Shown here: positions 29,341 through 39,388 of the stretch, one piece after another | Layout of the letters: each line of letters begins with the position of its first letter | Numbering within the stretch: the stretch's first letter is position 1 | Assembly: GCA_963664875.1 (NCBI GenBank) | Contig: OY761611.1 | Coordinates: 128,001 to 192,000, forward strand | DNA length: 64,000 nt | Origin: Candidatus Kapaibacterium sp. | GTDB taxonomy: Bacteria; Bacteroidota; Ignavibacteria; Kapaibacteriales; UBA2268 | Direction: 5' to 3' | The notes under the pieces: generated by a model | What the model was told of the DNA's origin: nothing | The model's database searches: none | The model's input: only the letters and a program-made list of their open reading frames with translations | Position numbers and translations under genes: made by a program

Positions 29341-31323
29341 TTATTGAACTATACATTTTGTATTGTAAATTGTTTGTATTTTATTTGCACTTGCTTCCGC
29401 TTCTTCTAAGGTAGGGAAACCCCAAATTTTTACTCTATACACAGGCGAATGATTTTCCAAATAGCGTTCGTAATAAGCATTGTAACCATGGAATTCCCAT
29501 TTTTCTACATTTTTGAGAGCCTCTGTTTCACTATCAGAAGTCTGAGCAATGATTTCATAAGGTAACAAATCAGGATCTAACCAACGCACTTCTACTCGTC
29601 TGTTATAATACTGCTGCCAAGGAGCCTGTTGCAAATAAAAAATAGGCTTGTTGCTTCCTTCCCAGCGAATTCTTATCTGTCCCGGGGCTACTCCCTTTTC
29701 TAAAAGCATTTTTCTAACATTTTGAGCTCTCACCCGCGAAAGATAAATATTTTGCTCTTCATTTCCTTCTATGGAAGAGTTTCCTATCAGCTCTACAGTC
29801 ATTTCTTTGTTTTCTTTGAGAGCAGTGGCAAGCAAGGCAATATTATCAATAAAATCTTTTTGTATAGTGGTATCTTGCTTGTAGAAAGCAGCTAAAGCCT
29901 GATATTTAGGATATTGAGGTTCTGATTCGTTAATTACCTTAAAAACATCTGTAAGATTGCCTTCCTCGTTTTGGAATGCTACTTCAGTTTTTACGTTATT
30001 GCAATTAGGATTTACAAAAAGATTATCAGGAAGTTGGAAAGTAAAGTAGTGCTTCTGAGCAAACGCTATTTCAGTCAGAATTTTAGGAATAGCGTCTAAA
30101 CTTTGATTGGTAAGTTGATAGTATCTACCACCGGTAGCATAACTTAAATACTTCAAACTAAATGATTCTATTGCGTTGCCTACTGAAATAATATACACAG
30201 GTATGTTGTTTTTCTTTGCCAATTCTACTGCGTCTTCAGTTTCGTAAATTATTGAAGAGTTGTCCGGAGAATAAGTAATTAAAACTACACATTTTTTATC
30301 CGCATTCGATTCTATTGCTTTTTGGAGGCTAACATAAGCCATTTTATTGAATGAATTAAATCCGTTTGAATTATCTATGTTGATATTTTCAAATGACTTA
30401 ATAGCGTTTAGTTTAGATTGATTTTCAATTTTAGAATCAATATTTTGATTGAAAGTATAAAGAGAAAATATATCTTTGTTATCAAGTAATTGCAAAAATT
30501 CGGAAATATTAGGTACAAATTCTGAGTTCTTCCAAGCTGCTGCAGAATTTTCTAAGCCGAGAGTATAGTGAAGTGTCAGTGCTTCTGAAAAATGTTCCTC
30601 TTTAGGTTTAGCAAGTAAATCTCCTGCTATACCTGTTTTGCAGTATTGCAAGATAGAAGTAGGAGTAGAATTCTGTTTGTAATAGCCGGCAAGCAAGTTC
30701 CCGAAATTATCTAATAGGATTGCCTTAATATGTATATTTTCCAATCCTTTAGAATAATCAATGCCCATTACTTTAAATCGATTTGGTTTGGTTTTCCCGT
30801 TATAGTTTAGAATACCGGAAAAGTATTCAGTTTCGTAAAACGAAGGAAGGATAGTAAAATCTTCGCTTTGTTCAGCACCGGTCGCACTCATCTGAGACGT
30901 TTCCGGTTTCAGTTTAATATTCTCTAAATCTTGATGTTCAGTGTCATCTATGTTTTTAGTGTTGTTAGCTGTTTTGATCTCCTGAGTAGTTGCAGGAGTC
31001 AGCGTACTTTTATCTCCATCTACTATAATGTCCCATCGCAACGAATGTATAGTATCATTTCTAAATGCTTTAAAATCTAATGTCTTACTGCTGTTAGTTG
31101 AATAGTATATATTATCGTTGGCTTTGTAGCTTCCGGAGATACCTGCGATAGCAACGGAATCGCATCCGTCGATATCCCATTCTATGACTGCCTTTTCGCC
31201 TTTGCTAATCTCCGAATAGCCTTTGAAGTCTTTAACTTCAAAATTGCTTACAGAGGAGCATGCGCTAACTACTAAAGCAGAAACTAAAGTAAAATATATC
31301 TTCTTTGTGTTGGAAAACAACAT
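29341..31323 (-). CDS. Lipoprotein with degenerate VWA, OmpA-like peptidoglycan-binding and SPOR-like domains
   Basis: Lipobox VSAC, VWA-like PVYIISVG..LSYATGGRYY, OmpA NIYLSRVRA..NRRVE, SPOR-like YRVKIWGF..EEAE. AGGAG SD before ATG 31323. Confidence 0.8.
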   Translation of the reverse strand: MLFSNTKKIYFTLVSALVVSACSSVSNFEVKDFKGYSEISKGEKAVIEWDIDGCDSVAIAGISGSYKANDNIYYSTNSSKTLDFKAFRNDTIHSLRWDIIVDGDKSTLTPATTQEIKTANNTKNIDDTEHQDLENIKLKPETSQMSATGAEQSEDFTILPSFYETEYFSGILNYNGKTKPNRFKVMGIDYSKGLENIHIKAILLDNFGNLLAGYYKQNSTPTSILQYCKTGIAGDLLAKPKEEHFSEALTLHYTLGLENSAAAWKNSEFVPNISEFLQLLDNKDIFSLYTFNQNIDSKIENQSKLNAIKSFENINIDNSNGFNSFNKMAYVSLQKAIESNADKKCVVLITYSPDNSSIIYETEDAVELAKKNNIPVYIISVGNAIESFSLKYLSYATGGRYYQLTNQSLDAIPKILTEIAFAQKHYFTFQLPDNLFVNPNCNNVKTEVAFQNEEGNLTDVFKVINESEPQYPKYQALAAFYKQDTTIQKDFIDNIALLATALKENKEMTVELIGNSSIEGNEEQNIYLSRVRAQNVRKMLLEKGVAPGQIRIRWEGSNKPIFYLQQAPWQQYYNRRVEVRWLDPDLLPYEIIAQTSDSETEALKNVEKWEFHGYNAYYERYLENHSPVYRVKIWGFPTLEEAEASANKIQTIYNTKCIVQ

Positions 31324-31368
31324 AAACACTCCTGTTATGTATAGTTTCCTTAAAATAATAATAATAAC

Positions 31369-32700
31369 TTATAAATTCACATCTTTTGTGAAAATAAAAT
31401 GCCCTGTACTGTCTAAATCGACAAATATTTTGTCTCCTGAAGCAAATTCTGCTCCTAAAAGCTTGAATGCCAGTGGATCAGAAATGTATTTGAGTATAGC
31501 TCTTTTTAGAGGTCTGGCACCATAATTTATGTCATATCCAAGTTCGAGTAGTTTATCTAAAGCACCTTCGCTTAGTCTGATAGAAATAGATTTGTCAGCA
31601 AGCTTTTCTGTGAGTTTGTTTAGATGTAGCTTTGCTATCTCTTTGATTTCTTTGCTGTTTAAAGGTTTAAAAACAATAATATCGTCGATGCGGTTTATAA
31701 ACTCAGGTCTCAACTTAGTTTTGAGCAGAGTCAGAATATCTGATTTTAGCTTTTCAAACAAATAATCATCGTATTTGTTATCAAAAAGATGCAGCTTTTC
31801 CTGTATCAACTCAGTGCCCATGTTTGAAGACATTATGATAATAGTATTTTTGAAATTCACAAGCCTACCCTTGCCGTCAGTAAGCCTACCATCGTCAAGG
31901 ACTTGCAGTAAGACGTTAAAAACATCGGGATGGGCTTTTTCTATTTCATCTAAAAGAACAACTGAGTATGGTTTCCTTCTGACTGCTTCGGTTAGTTGTC
32001 CACCTTCATCGTAACCAACATAGCCCGGAGGTGCACCAATGAGACGAGATACTGAATGTTTTTCCATGTATTCGCTCATGTCAATTCTAATCATAGAGGA
32101 CTGATCATCAAATAAAAATTCGGCTAAGGCACGTGCCATTTCAGTTTTGCCAACACCGGTAGTTCCGAGAAAAATAAATGAGCCTATCGGGCGGTTTTCA
32201 TCAGAAAGTCCTGCCCTTGATCTTCTGAGAGCGTTAGAAACGGCATCAACTGCTTCGTTTTGACCAATAACTCGCTGATGTAGCTTTTCTTCCATGTGAA
32301 GTAGTTTGTGTATCTCAGTTTCCATCATCTTGCTTAGAGGAATACCTGTCCATTTAGCAATAACTTCAGCTATATCTTCTGTTTCAATTTCTTCTTTTAA
32401 GAGTTTTCCGTTTTGCTGGAGCTTGTGGAGTCTTTGGTTTGCAGATTCCAAGTCCTGTTCTAATTTGTGAATAGTTCCGTACCTAAGTTCTGCGACTTTT
32501 GCGAGATCTCCGATTTTTTCGTAGTTGTCTGCTTCAGACTTGACAGATTCAATATTTTGTTTTATAGCTCTAATCTGTTGGATCACAATTTTTTCGCTGT
32601 GCCATTTTTCAGTCAAATTGCTTTTTTTGGCTTCTAAATCTCTAATTTCCTGTTCAATATCTTCCAATCTTTTCAATGTGTTATTGATGTTAGTGTCCAT
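31369..32700 (-). CDS. Truncated ClpB-like AAA+ ATPase (partial middle domain + NBD2 only)
   Basis: AELRYG M-domain motif, Walker A GTTGVGKT, pore loop GAPPGYVG, Walker B VLLDEIEK, sensor-2 GARPLKR. No N-domain or NBD1. Confidence 0.88.
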   Translation of the reverse strand: MDTNINNTLKRLEDIEQEIRDLEAKKSNLTEKWHSEKIVIQQIRAIKQNIESVKSEADNYEKIGDLAKVAELRYGTIHKLEQDLESANQRLHKLQQNGKLLKEEIETEDIAEVIAKWTGIPLSKMMETEIHKLLHMEEKLHQRVIGQNEAVDAVSNALRRSRAGLSDENRPIGSFIFLGTTGVGKTEMARALAEFLFDDQSSMIRIDMSEYMEKHSVSRLIGAPPGYVGYDEGGQLTEAVRRKPYSVVLLDEIEKAHPDVFNVLLQVLDDGRLTDGKGRLVNFKNTIIIMSSNMGTELIQEKLHLFDNKYDDYLFEKLKSDILTLLKTKLRPEFINRIDDIIVFKPLNSKEIKEIAKLHLNKLTEKLADKSISIRLSEGALDKLLELGYDINYGARPLKRAILKYISDPLAFKLLGAEFASGDKIFVDLDSTGHFIFTKDVNL

Positions 32701-32902
32701 TTTCCTGCCTATGCTTCATTGAACATATCCATTTTAACAAAATACGGAAAATTTTTAAAAATATTTGATTTTGAGCTAAAGCAAAGATAAAGCAAAAGAA
32801 AAATAGTAGGCATTAAAAATATTTTCACAGCTTATACTTTTATAAAGTGTCAAATGAAACAAAATAAGAATATGCTATAAAATTATATAGGTAGGTTTAT
32901 CC

Positions 32903-33811
32903 ATGAGTGTACTTTTAAATAAGAAAACTAAAGTGATAGTGCAGGGAATTACCGGTTCTGAAGGTACTTTCCATACATCTCAAATGTTAGAATACGGTAC
33001 TCTGGTTGTGGGAGGTGTTACTCCCGGTAAAGGTGGAACAGAATACGAAGGTAAAGGCGAAGCAAAGTTTATCAAGCCCGTTCCTGTATTCAATACTGTT
33101 AAAGAAGCAGTAGAAAAAACAAAAGCAACAGCAAGTGTAATTTTTGTGCCCCCTGCATTTGCTGCAGATGCAATACTTGAAGCAATCGATGCAGAAATTA
33201 AGCTCATAATTGCGATTACAGAGGGTGTTCCTACCAAAGACATGATTACAGTCAATGCGGCACTAAAAGACTCAAAATCGGTCTTAATAGGGCCAAATTG
33301 CCCGGGTGTTATTACTCCGGGGGAAGCAAAAATTGGTATCATGCCCGGTTTTATCCATACACCGGGTAAAGTAGGTGTAGTTTCAAGAAGTGGCACATTG
33401 ACTTATGAGGCAGTGAAACAACTTTCAGATCTTGGTATTGGTCAATCCACTTGTATTGGTATCGGAGGGGATCCGATTATCGGTACCCAGTTTATAGATG
33501 CTATTAAGCTGTTCAATAAAGATCCTGAGACCGAAGCCATTCTTATGATTGGTGAGATTGGAGGTAACGCTGAAGAAACTGCTGCTGAATATGTAAAACG
33601 GTATGTAGATAAACCTGTCATTGGTTTTATCGCGGGAAGAACAGCACCTCCGGGCAGAAGAATGGGACATGCCGGTGCAATTATAGCCGGTGGTAAAGGT
33701 ACTGCTGACGATAAAATGAAGGCTATGAAAGATGCCGGAATTTTTGTAGTTGAGTCTCCTGCAGAATTAGGAAAAACTGTTCAAAAAGCCTTAAAGAAAA
33801 AGTCTAAGTAA
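32903..33811 (+). CDS. sucD: Succinate--CoA ligase subunit alpha
   Basis: [27 protein letters not shown]. Confidence 0.97.
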   Translation: MSVLLNKKTKVIVQGITGSEGTFHTSQMLEYGTLVVGGVTPGKGGTEYEGKGEAKFIKPVPVFNTVKEAVEKTKATASVIFVPPAFAADAILEAIDAEIKLIIAITEGVPTKDMITVNAALKDSKSVLIGPNCPGVITPGEAKIGIMPGFIHTPGKVGVVSRSGTLTYEAVKQLSDLGIGQSTCIGIGGDPIIGTQFIDAIKLFNKDPETEAILMIGEIGGNAEETAAEYVKRYVDKPVIGFIAGRTAPPGRRMGHAGAIIAGGKGTADDKMKAMKDAGIFVVESPAELGKTVQKALKKKSK

Positions 33812-33830
33812 TTAGAAAATATAGAAAATA

Positions 33831-33869
33831 AAGTAGTATCCCGAAGTAGAGTAGGGGTACTATTTTTTT
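33831..33869 (+). terminator. Intrinsic terminator after sucD
   Basis: AGTAGTATCCC...GGGGTACTATT stem plus T-run. Confidence 0.65.
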
Positions 33870-33978
33870 ATATCTTCTTAAAAATAAATATGGAACTATA
33901 TAGTCAATTAGCTATTAAAAATTCTCAAGTTTGAGACTTTTTTTATTTTATGTGTTATTTTTATATATTGGAGTTCTA

Positions 33979-34407
33979 ATGGGAAATATTACATTAGCAA
34001 TGATAAAACCTGATGCTGTCGAAGCAAATAATATAGGTCAGATAATTCAAAAATATACAGAAGCAGGTTTCAAAATTCGTGCAATGAAGATGACTAAACT
34101 CAGCGAAAAACAAGCTCAGGCATTTTATGCTGTCCACAAAGAGCGTTCGTTTTTCGATGACTTAGTGAAGTTTATGACACGAGGTAAAATAGTTGCTTTG
34201 TCATTAGAAAAAGAAAATGCTGTAGAGGATTATAGATTGCTGATAGGGGCTACAGACCCGGCAGAAGCAAAAGAAGGCACAATTAGAAAACTATTTGGCA
34301 AAAGTAAAGAAGAAAATGCAGTACATGGTTCGGATTCGGACGAAAATGCAATAATAGAAACTAATTTCTTCTTTTCAGCTTCTGAGATGGCAGAATTAGT
34401 ATGTTGA
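33979..34407 (+). CDS. ndk: Nucleoside diphosphate kinase
   Basis: [24 protein letters not shown]. Start at ATG 33979 after GGAG. Confidence 0.96.
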   Translation: MGNITLAMIKPDAVEANNIGQIIQKYTEAGFKIRAMKMTKLSEKQAQAFYAVHKERSFFDDLVKFMTRGKIVALSLEKENAVEDYRLLIGATDPAEAKEGTIRKLFGKSKEENAVHGSDSDENAIIETNFFFSASEMAELVC

Positions 34408-34416
34408 TAAATAAAT

Positions 34417-34965
34417 ATGTTGCGTGAAAAATATAAAACTATAAATAGTGAAATAATATACAGTAATCCTTATTGGGAATACAGATTAGACAAATATATT
34501 ATGCCTTCAGGTCGTGATGGCTTTTATCACTATGTTCAATCAAGAGGTGCTACTTTGGTAGTGCCTCTTACTGCTTCTGGGAAATTGGTTTGCACCGTGC
34601 AGCATAGATACTTAAACCAAAAGTTAAGCATCGAATTCCCGGGGGGTGGCATCAAAGAAGGATTGCTTCCTATCGAAAACGCAAGGGAAGAATTAAAAGA
34701 GGAAACAGGCTACGAGGCTCAGTCTTTAGAAAAAATTGGTGAGTATAATCCTTTTAATGGCGTAACTAACGAAATTTGCAGTATTTTTGTTGCTAAAGAT
34801 TTGCAACAGGGAACTCAGATTTTGGAAGAATCTGAAGAAATCCATATAATTGAGCTTACACAAAAAGAGTTTGTAGATAAAATTAGAACTAATGAAATAT
34901 GGGACGGTATGACCTTAGCTGCTTGGAGTTTATTTTCCGCTAACTATTTGAAAGGAGGCTTATAA
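34417..34965 (+). CDS. NUDIX hydrolase (ADP-ribose pyrophosphatase-like)
   Basis: Nudix box EFPGGGIKEG...AREELKEETGY. Confidence 0.9.
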   Translation: MLREKYKTINSEIIYSNPYWEYRLDKYIMPSGRDGFYHYVQSRGATLVVPLTASGKLVCTVQHRYLNQKLSIEFPGGGIKEGLLPIENAREELKEETGYEAQSLEKIGEYNPFNGVTNEICSIFVAKDLQQGTQILEESEEIHIIELTQKEFVDKIRTNEIWDGMTLAAWSLFSANYLKGGL

Positions 34966-35909
34966 TGAAAAAATTAGCTGTGTTATTTTTGAGTCTGTTT
35001 TTCTGTTTTTCTTTTTTAAGAGCTGAAGAAGAAATATTTTACATTTTGAAGCCTAACTTCAGAGTCGGTATTATCAATCTTTACAAAATGACTGAGGTAA
35101 ACAATGTAAAGCGTTTACTCGAATCAGGTGATACTCTTAAATACAACAGAAAAATAGAATATTACTTTTCGCTTTATTGCCCGGCAAATCCTATTGACGG
35201 ATTTTATGATTTAGATGTCTCTATGGATTCTTTGTCGTATTCTTTCTCTGATGGTACAATTTCAAAATCATATAAAACAATGGATCAGAAACCTGCACCA
35301 TACTCGTTTCAGGATTTTGAAATGGTCGGGCCTACTGACGGCAAAAAGTTTACATTGACTTATTCTCCATACGGAGAAGTTGCAAAAGTCTCCGGCGAAA
35401 TACTGGAAAAAGCTATAAAGATGTTAGACGACAAAGCATTTGGTATCAAAGATCCGGTGAGAAAGCAAATATGGTCTAATGCATATTCCTATGACCATTT
35501 GACTTACATTGCTGATGTTACTAAAAACTATTTTCCATTAGGCAAGATAGGCAGAGATTCTGTTTGGCAAAATCCGATTTCACTTGATTTGAACAGAGTA
35601 TATTTTGCGGACACATTGAAAGCAAGAATAGACAAAATTTCAAACGAAAAATATATCCTCCGTGCAAATTTAGACTCTTTAAAAGCAATTTCAGGAATTT
35701 CGATGCTTTATGATATCAAAGATCCTGTGCAGGTAATTGAGTCCGAAGGGAAAGGCATCTTAGATTTTGAATTTTCACCTGCAGGAGTCATCAATTACAT
35801 CAATGGAGAATTTTCTACGAAAGTAAAGTATAAACACAAAACAAAAGAAATAATTGAATTTACCGATACAAAGCTAAATTGGGAATTATTGAACCGACTT
35901 ACTTATTAG
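34965..35909 (+). CDS. Hypothetical exported protein (DUF6263-like beta-rich)
   Basis: Signal peptide, GGAGG SD, TAATG overlap with the NUDIX stop. Family call is tentative. Confidence 0.7.
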   Translation: MKKLAVLFLSLFFCFSFLRAEEEIFYILKPNFRVGIINLYKMTEVNNVKRLLESGDTLKYNRKIEYYFSLYCPANPIDGFYDLDVSMDSLSYSFSDGTISKSYKTMDQKPAPYSFQDFEMVGPTDGKKFTLTYSPYGEVAKVSGEILEKAIKMLDDKAFGIKDPVRKQIWSNAYSYDHLTYIADVTKNYFPLGKIGRDSVWQNPISLDLNRVYFADTLKARIDKISNEKYILRANLDSLKAISGISMLYDIKDPVQVIESEGKGILDFEFSPAGVINYINGEFSTKVKYKHKTKEIIEFTDTKLNWELLNRLTY

Positions 35910-35929
35910 AAAATCTCGGAAAAAAGTAT

Positions 35930-35973
35930 AAAAAAAAACTACCATGTAATCTCTACAAGGTAGTTTTTTTTTT
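35930..35973. terminator. Bidirectional intrinsic terminator
   Basis: A-run-CTACC...GGTAG-T-run between convergent genes. Confidence 0.8.
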
Positions 35974-36003
35974 GAAATATACACAATTGGAATTAAGGCA
36001 CTG

Positions 36004-36369
36004 CTAATCCACTTCTTCCCAAGGCAAGTTGACTTTAATCGCCATCGCTTTGGGTATAGAGCTGATGATGGCAGGATTGAGAGCTTTAGTCAGAAATAGA
36101 GAAATTCCGGGTTGCTTAGATTCCGGAGCTTCAGCCCAGCTGACGTAAACTCCTATGTGCTGAAACGCTTGGATAGCAAGCTCAGCTTTGTTTGATTTTA
36201 AGTGCGCACCAATATTTCCATAACCAACGCTAAGGAATTTAGTGTTATTACCGGCACCGGTCCATATTACAAAAACGCCTTCTGAGCCTTGAAGATATTC
36301 ATGATTCAAATCAAGTTTAAATAAATTACACCATTGATTGCCTTTACATTTAAACCATTCTAAAGTCAT
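36004..36369 (-). CDS. Hypothetical protein, possibly degenerate GIY-YIG fold
   Basis: GVFVIW...LSVGYG pattern and an AGGA SD upstream. Confidence 0.6.
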   Translation of the reverse strand: MTLEWFKCKGNQWCNLFKLDLNHEYLQGSEGVFVIWTGAGNNTKFLSVGYGNIGAHLKSNKAELAIQAFQHIGVYVSWAEAPESKQPGISLFLTKALNPAIISSIPKAMAIKVNLPWEEVD

Positions 36370-36388
36370 ACTAATATCCTTATAATTT

Positions 36389-37081
36389 TTACTTATTTAC
36401 AAAATAAGAAATACCGCAAATTGCTGCAGTTTCGGCTCTTAGTCGCCTATTGCCTAATTTCCAGACTGTTGGATTGGCTGCTTTGATTGCAGATAATTCT
36501 TTGTCGGAAAATCCACCTTCCGGTCCTACTAATATTATATGCTCTACATTGGCAGCTATTTCAGCATTTTCGGGGTGAGTTCCGTCTTCGTCTAACAAAA
36601 TAAAATTGATGTTATCTCTTAAATTTAATAACTGATTCAGTTTAATATTATTGTGAATTATTGGCAAATTTGAACGTTTGCATTGTTTAATTGCTGCAAT
36701 TGCTTTTGCTTCGAGTCTTTCGTCGCCGAGTTTTAGCCTTTCGCTGTGGTCAGCATCTATTATATAAATAGCATAAACGCCAAGCTCTATTGCTTTTTCT
36801 ATTGCAAATTCCAGTCTGTCCCTATTTGATAATCTTCCTATGGCTAATGAGTAGCTTATCGACGCCTCGCCCGAATTAAGAGAAAACGAAACCGGAGTCA
36901 GCTTATATTGATTTTTTGCGATGAGTTCTACTCGGCACTCGGCAGTGAGTCCTTTCCCGTTAGTTACAAGGATGTGCTCAGATTCGGAAAGTCGGAGTGC
37001 TTTCAAATGTTTGCTTTCTTCCACAGGTGGAGTGAAAGGAGCAAAAATTTCCTGAAGTTCTTTATAATAAATACATTCCAT
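36389..37081 (-). CDS. rsmE: 16S rRNA m3U1498 methyltransferase
   Basis: HLKALRL, IEKAIELGV, AIKQCKR, VGPEGGFS, LGNRRLRAETA. Confidence 0.95.
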   Translation of the reverse strand: MECIYYKELQEIFAPFTPPVEESKHLKALRLSESEHILVTNGKGLTAECRVELIAKNQYKLTPVSFSLNSGEASISYSLAIGRLSNRDRLEFAIEKAIELGVYAIYIIDADHSERLKLGDERLEAKAIAAIKQCKRSNLPIIHNNIKLNQLLNLRDNINFILLDEDGTHPENAEIAANVEHIILVGPEGGFSDKELSAIKAANPTVWKLGNRRLRAETAAICGISYFVNK

Positions 37082-37153
37082 AAACATTAATACTATCGGT
37101 AGTTCAAAGGATTTTTATTATTTTTGATTATACGAATAATCGGAAGAATCATA

Positions 37154-39388
37154 ATGGCTGCAAAGCAAACTCTGTTCCAAAAGTTAGTAAACGAAAAAAA
37201 CTCGCACAATTACGACGAGAAAACCGGTCTAAAATACTCATGGCAATTAAGATTTTTGATACTATTAGTTACAGTGCTTTCCTGTAGCGTCTTTTTTGTT
37301 TTCCATTTAGAACAGGATATGAACAATCTGAATCAGTTTGCCGGGGTTGCCGGTTCCACTTGGTCTGAGCAAACTGTTGTTGCTGATTATTCTTTTCCGG
37401 TTTACAAGCCGGCGATAGAATATCAGAATGATATCAACAAAGCACTCAAATCAGTACCTTCAGTTTTTATTTTTGATAAAAACTCTTATAAAATAGCTAA
37501 AGACCATGTTTCTATGATATTGGGGCTATTGGAATCATACGACGAAGAATCAAACACAAGTATTCAGACTCCTTATCTGACTGAGAGCAATATACAATCT
37601 TTTATTTCCTTAAAAAAGAAGCAAAGGCTTAGCTTTTTATCAAAATGCAAAACTATTATCAATGAGTATATTGAGAAAACTTATAGCAATGGTTTTGTTG
37701 ATATTGCTGTTTCAGGAATTAAGACAGACTATATTATTATTCAAACTGATGATAATCAAAGAAAAAATATCAAAACTTATACTCTTACAGATAACTCCAC
37801 TTTGATGGATAAATATGAGAAAAACATTCTTGTTCGATTCGAATCGCAGACTCATGAGCTGCTTAAACAGCTCATATCAGAAAATATGAGACCTAATCTG
37901 CTTTATTCGTCGGATTTGACTGAAATATATAGAGAGAATGTCAAGAATTCGGTTGCCAGGACTTTAGGAGTTGTGAAAAAAGGTGAAGTAATCATCAATA
38001 AAAATGATTTGATTACAGAAAATCATATAGCTAAACTCAATTCCTACTATCTGTCTAATAAAATGAAAACAGAATCGAGTATTAGTATTACAAATATCCT
38101 TGGCTCAATAGGGCACTTCTTTACTATTTACACTGTGCTTTTGTTTTATCTGTTTTACATACGCAAGCGTATTTTTTACGATAACACACAGCTGACTATT
38201 ATAAGTGTAATTTTAGTATTGACTTCTATGCTGGCTTGGGTTTCTATGGAGATACCGAGTTCGTTCCCTTTAGAATACCTAATTGTAGTGCCGGCATTTT
38301 CTATGCTTGCTGCAATTGTGTTTGATTCTCGAACAGGTTTTTATCTCACTGTAACCATTTCATTGCTTGTAGCAGGAATAAGAGGTGCGGATTATATTAC
38401 CGGAGTAAGTTTGATGTTCGCCGGCACATTGGCGGCCTATACTGTAAAAGATATTCAAAACAGAACGCAGATGTTCCAATCCATATTCTTTATATTTTTA
38501 GGTTTTCTTGTGCCGATAACAGCTTTTAATCTTGAAAGATCAATGGATATGGACATCATGATTAAGCAGCTTATTTTGGCATCAGTCAATTCCGCTATAT
38601 CGCCTCTTATTACTTTCGGTATGTTGATTTTGACTGAAAGATTATCAAATATTGCAACTGATCTGAGAATTCAGGAATTTGATTCTCTCAATCATCCCTT
38701 ACTAAAAAAAATGAGCGATATTGCACCCGGAACTTATCAGCATACTCTTTCTGTTGCTACTCTTGCTGAAAGGTGTGCCGACGCTATTGGGGCTAATCCA
38801 TTATTGACAAAAGTAGGAACTTACTATCACGATATTGGCAAAATGTCTAAAGCCGAATATTTTACTGAAAACCAGATGGATATTGGAAACAAACATGATA
38901 TGCTTCCACCTAAAAAAAGTGCGCAAGCTATCAGAGATCACGTATCCGAAGGTATTTTGCTGGCTCGTCAATATAAGCTGCCAAAAAGATTGATAGATTT
39001 TATTCCTATGCATCATGGCACTACTCTGATTAAACACTTTTATGCGAAAGCACTCGAACAGGCTGCAGAGGGAGAAACTGTAGATCAAAGAGATTTTCGA
39101 TATCCGGGGCCAAAGCCTGCTACAAAAGAATCTGCAATACTTATGATTTGCGATACTGCTGAAGCTATGTCGAGAATTCAAGTGAAAGACCACTCCGAAT
39201 TAGAAAACATGATAAAGAATAATATCAAAGAGCGGTTGCTTGACGGTCAGTTCGATGAGTGCGACATAACTATGAAAGATTTGGATGTAATCAAAGAAAC
39301 TATATTGAAAGATCTGATTTCCAGAGGTCATCAGAGAGTCAAATACAAAGAGATACCAAAAACTGAAGATGAACAAGAAACAAAATAA
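37154..39388 (+). CDS. 7TM-HD (HDIG) membrane phosphohydrolase, PgpH-like
   Basis: Large extracytoplasmic domain, 7 TM segments, APGTYQH, YYHDIGK, MHHGT, FRYPGPKP. Confidence 0.9.
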   Translation: MAAKQTLFQKLVNEKNSHNYDEKTGLKYSWQLRFLILLVTVLSCSVFFVFHLEQDMNNLNQFAGVAGSTWSEQTVVADYSFPVYKPAIEYQNDINKALKSVPSVFIFDKNSYKIAKDHVSMILGLLESYDEESNTSIQTPYLTESNIQSFISLKKKQRLSFLSKCKTIINEYIEKTYSNGFVDIAVSGIKTDYIIIQTDDNQRKNIKTYTLTDNSTLMDKYEKNILVRFESQTHELLKQLISENMRPNLLYSSDLTEIYRENVKNSVARTLGVVKKGEVIINKNDLITENHIAKLNSYYLSNKMKTESSISITNILGSIGHFFTIYTVLLFYLFYIRKRIFYDNTQLTIISVILVLTSMLAWVSMEIPSSFPLEYLIVVPAFSMLAAIVFDSRTGFYLTVTISLLVAGIRGADYITGVSLMFAGTLAAYTVKDIQNRTQMFQSIFFIFLGFLVPITAFNLERSMDMDIMIKQLILASVNSAISPLITFGMLILTERLSNIATDLRIQEFDSLNHPLLKKMSDIAPGTYQHTLSVATLAERCADAIGANPLLTKVGTYYHDIGKMSKAEYFTENQMDIGNKHDMLPPKKSAQAIRDHVSEGILLARQYKLPKRLIDFIPMHHGTTLIKHFYAKALEQAAEGETVDQRDFRYPGPKPATKESAILMICDTAEAMSRIQVKDHSELENMIKNNIKERLLDGQFDECDITMKDLDVIKETILKDLISRGHQRVKYKEIPKTEDEQETK

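Noticed and set aside
32701-32902. Frameshifted 5' half of clpB upstream of the truncated ORF
   Set aside because: The region is only about 200 nt and AT-rich, with an in-frame stop just upstream. The frames I read near the start show no ClpB-like residues.
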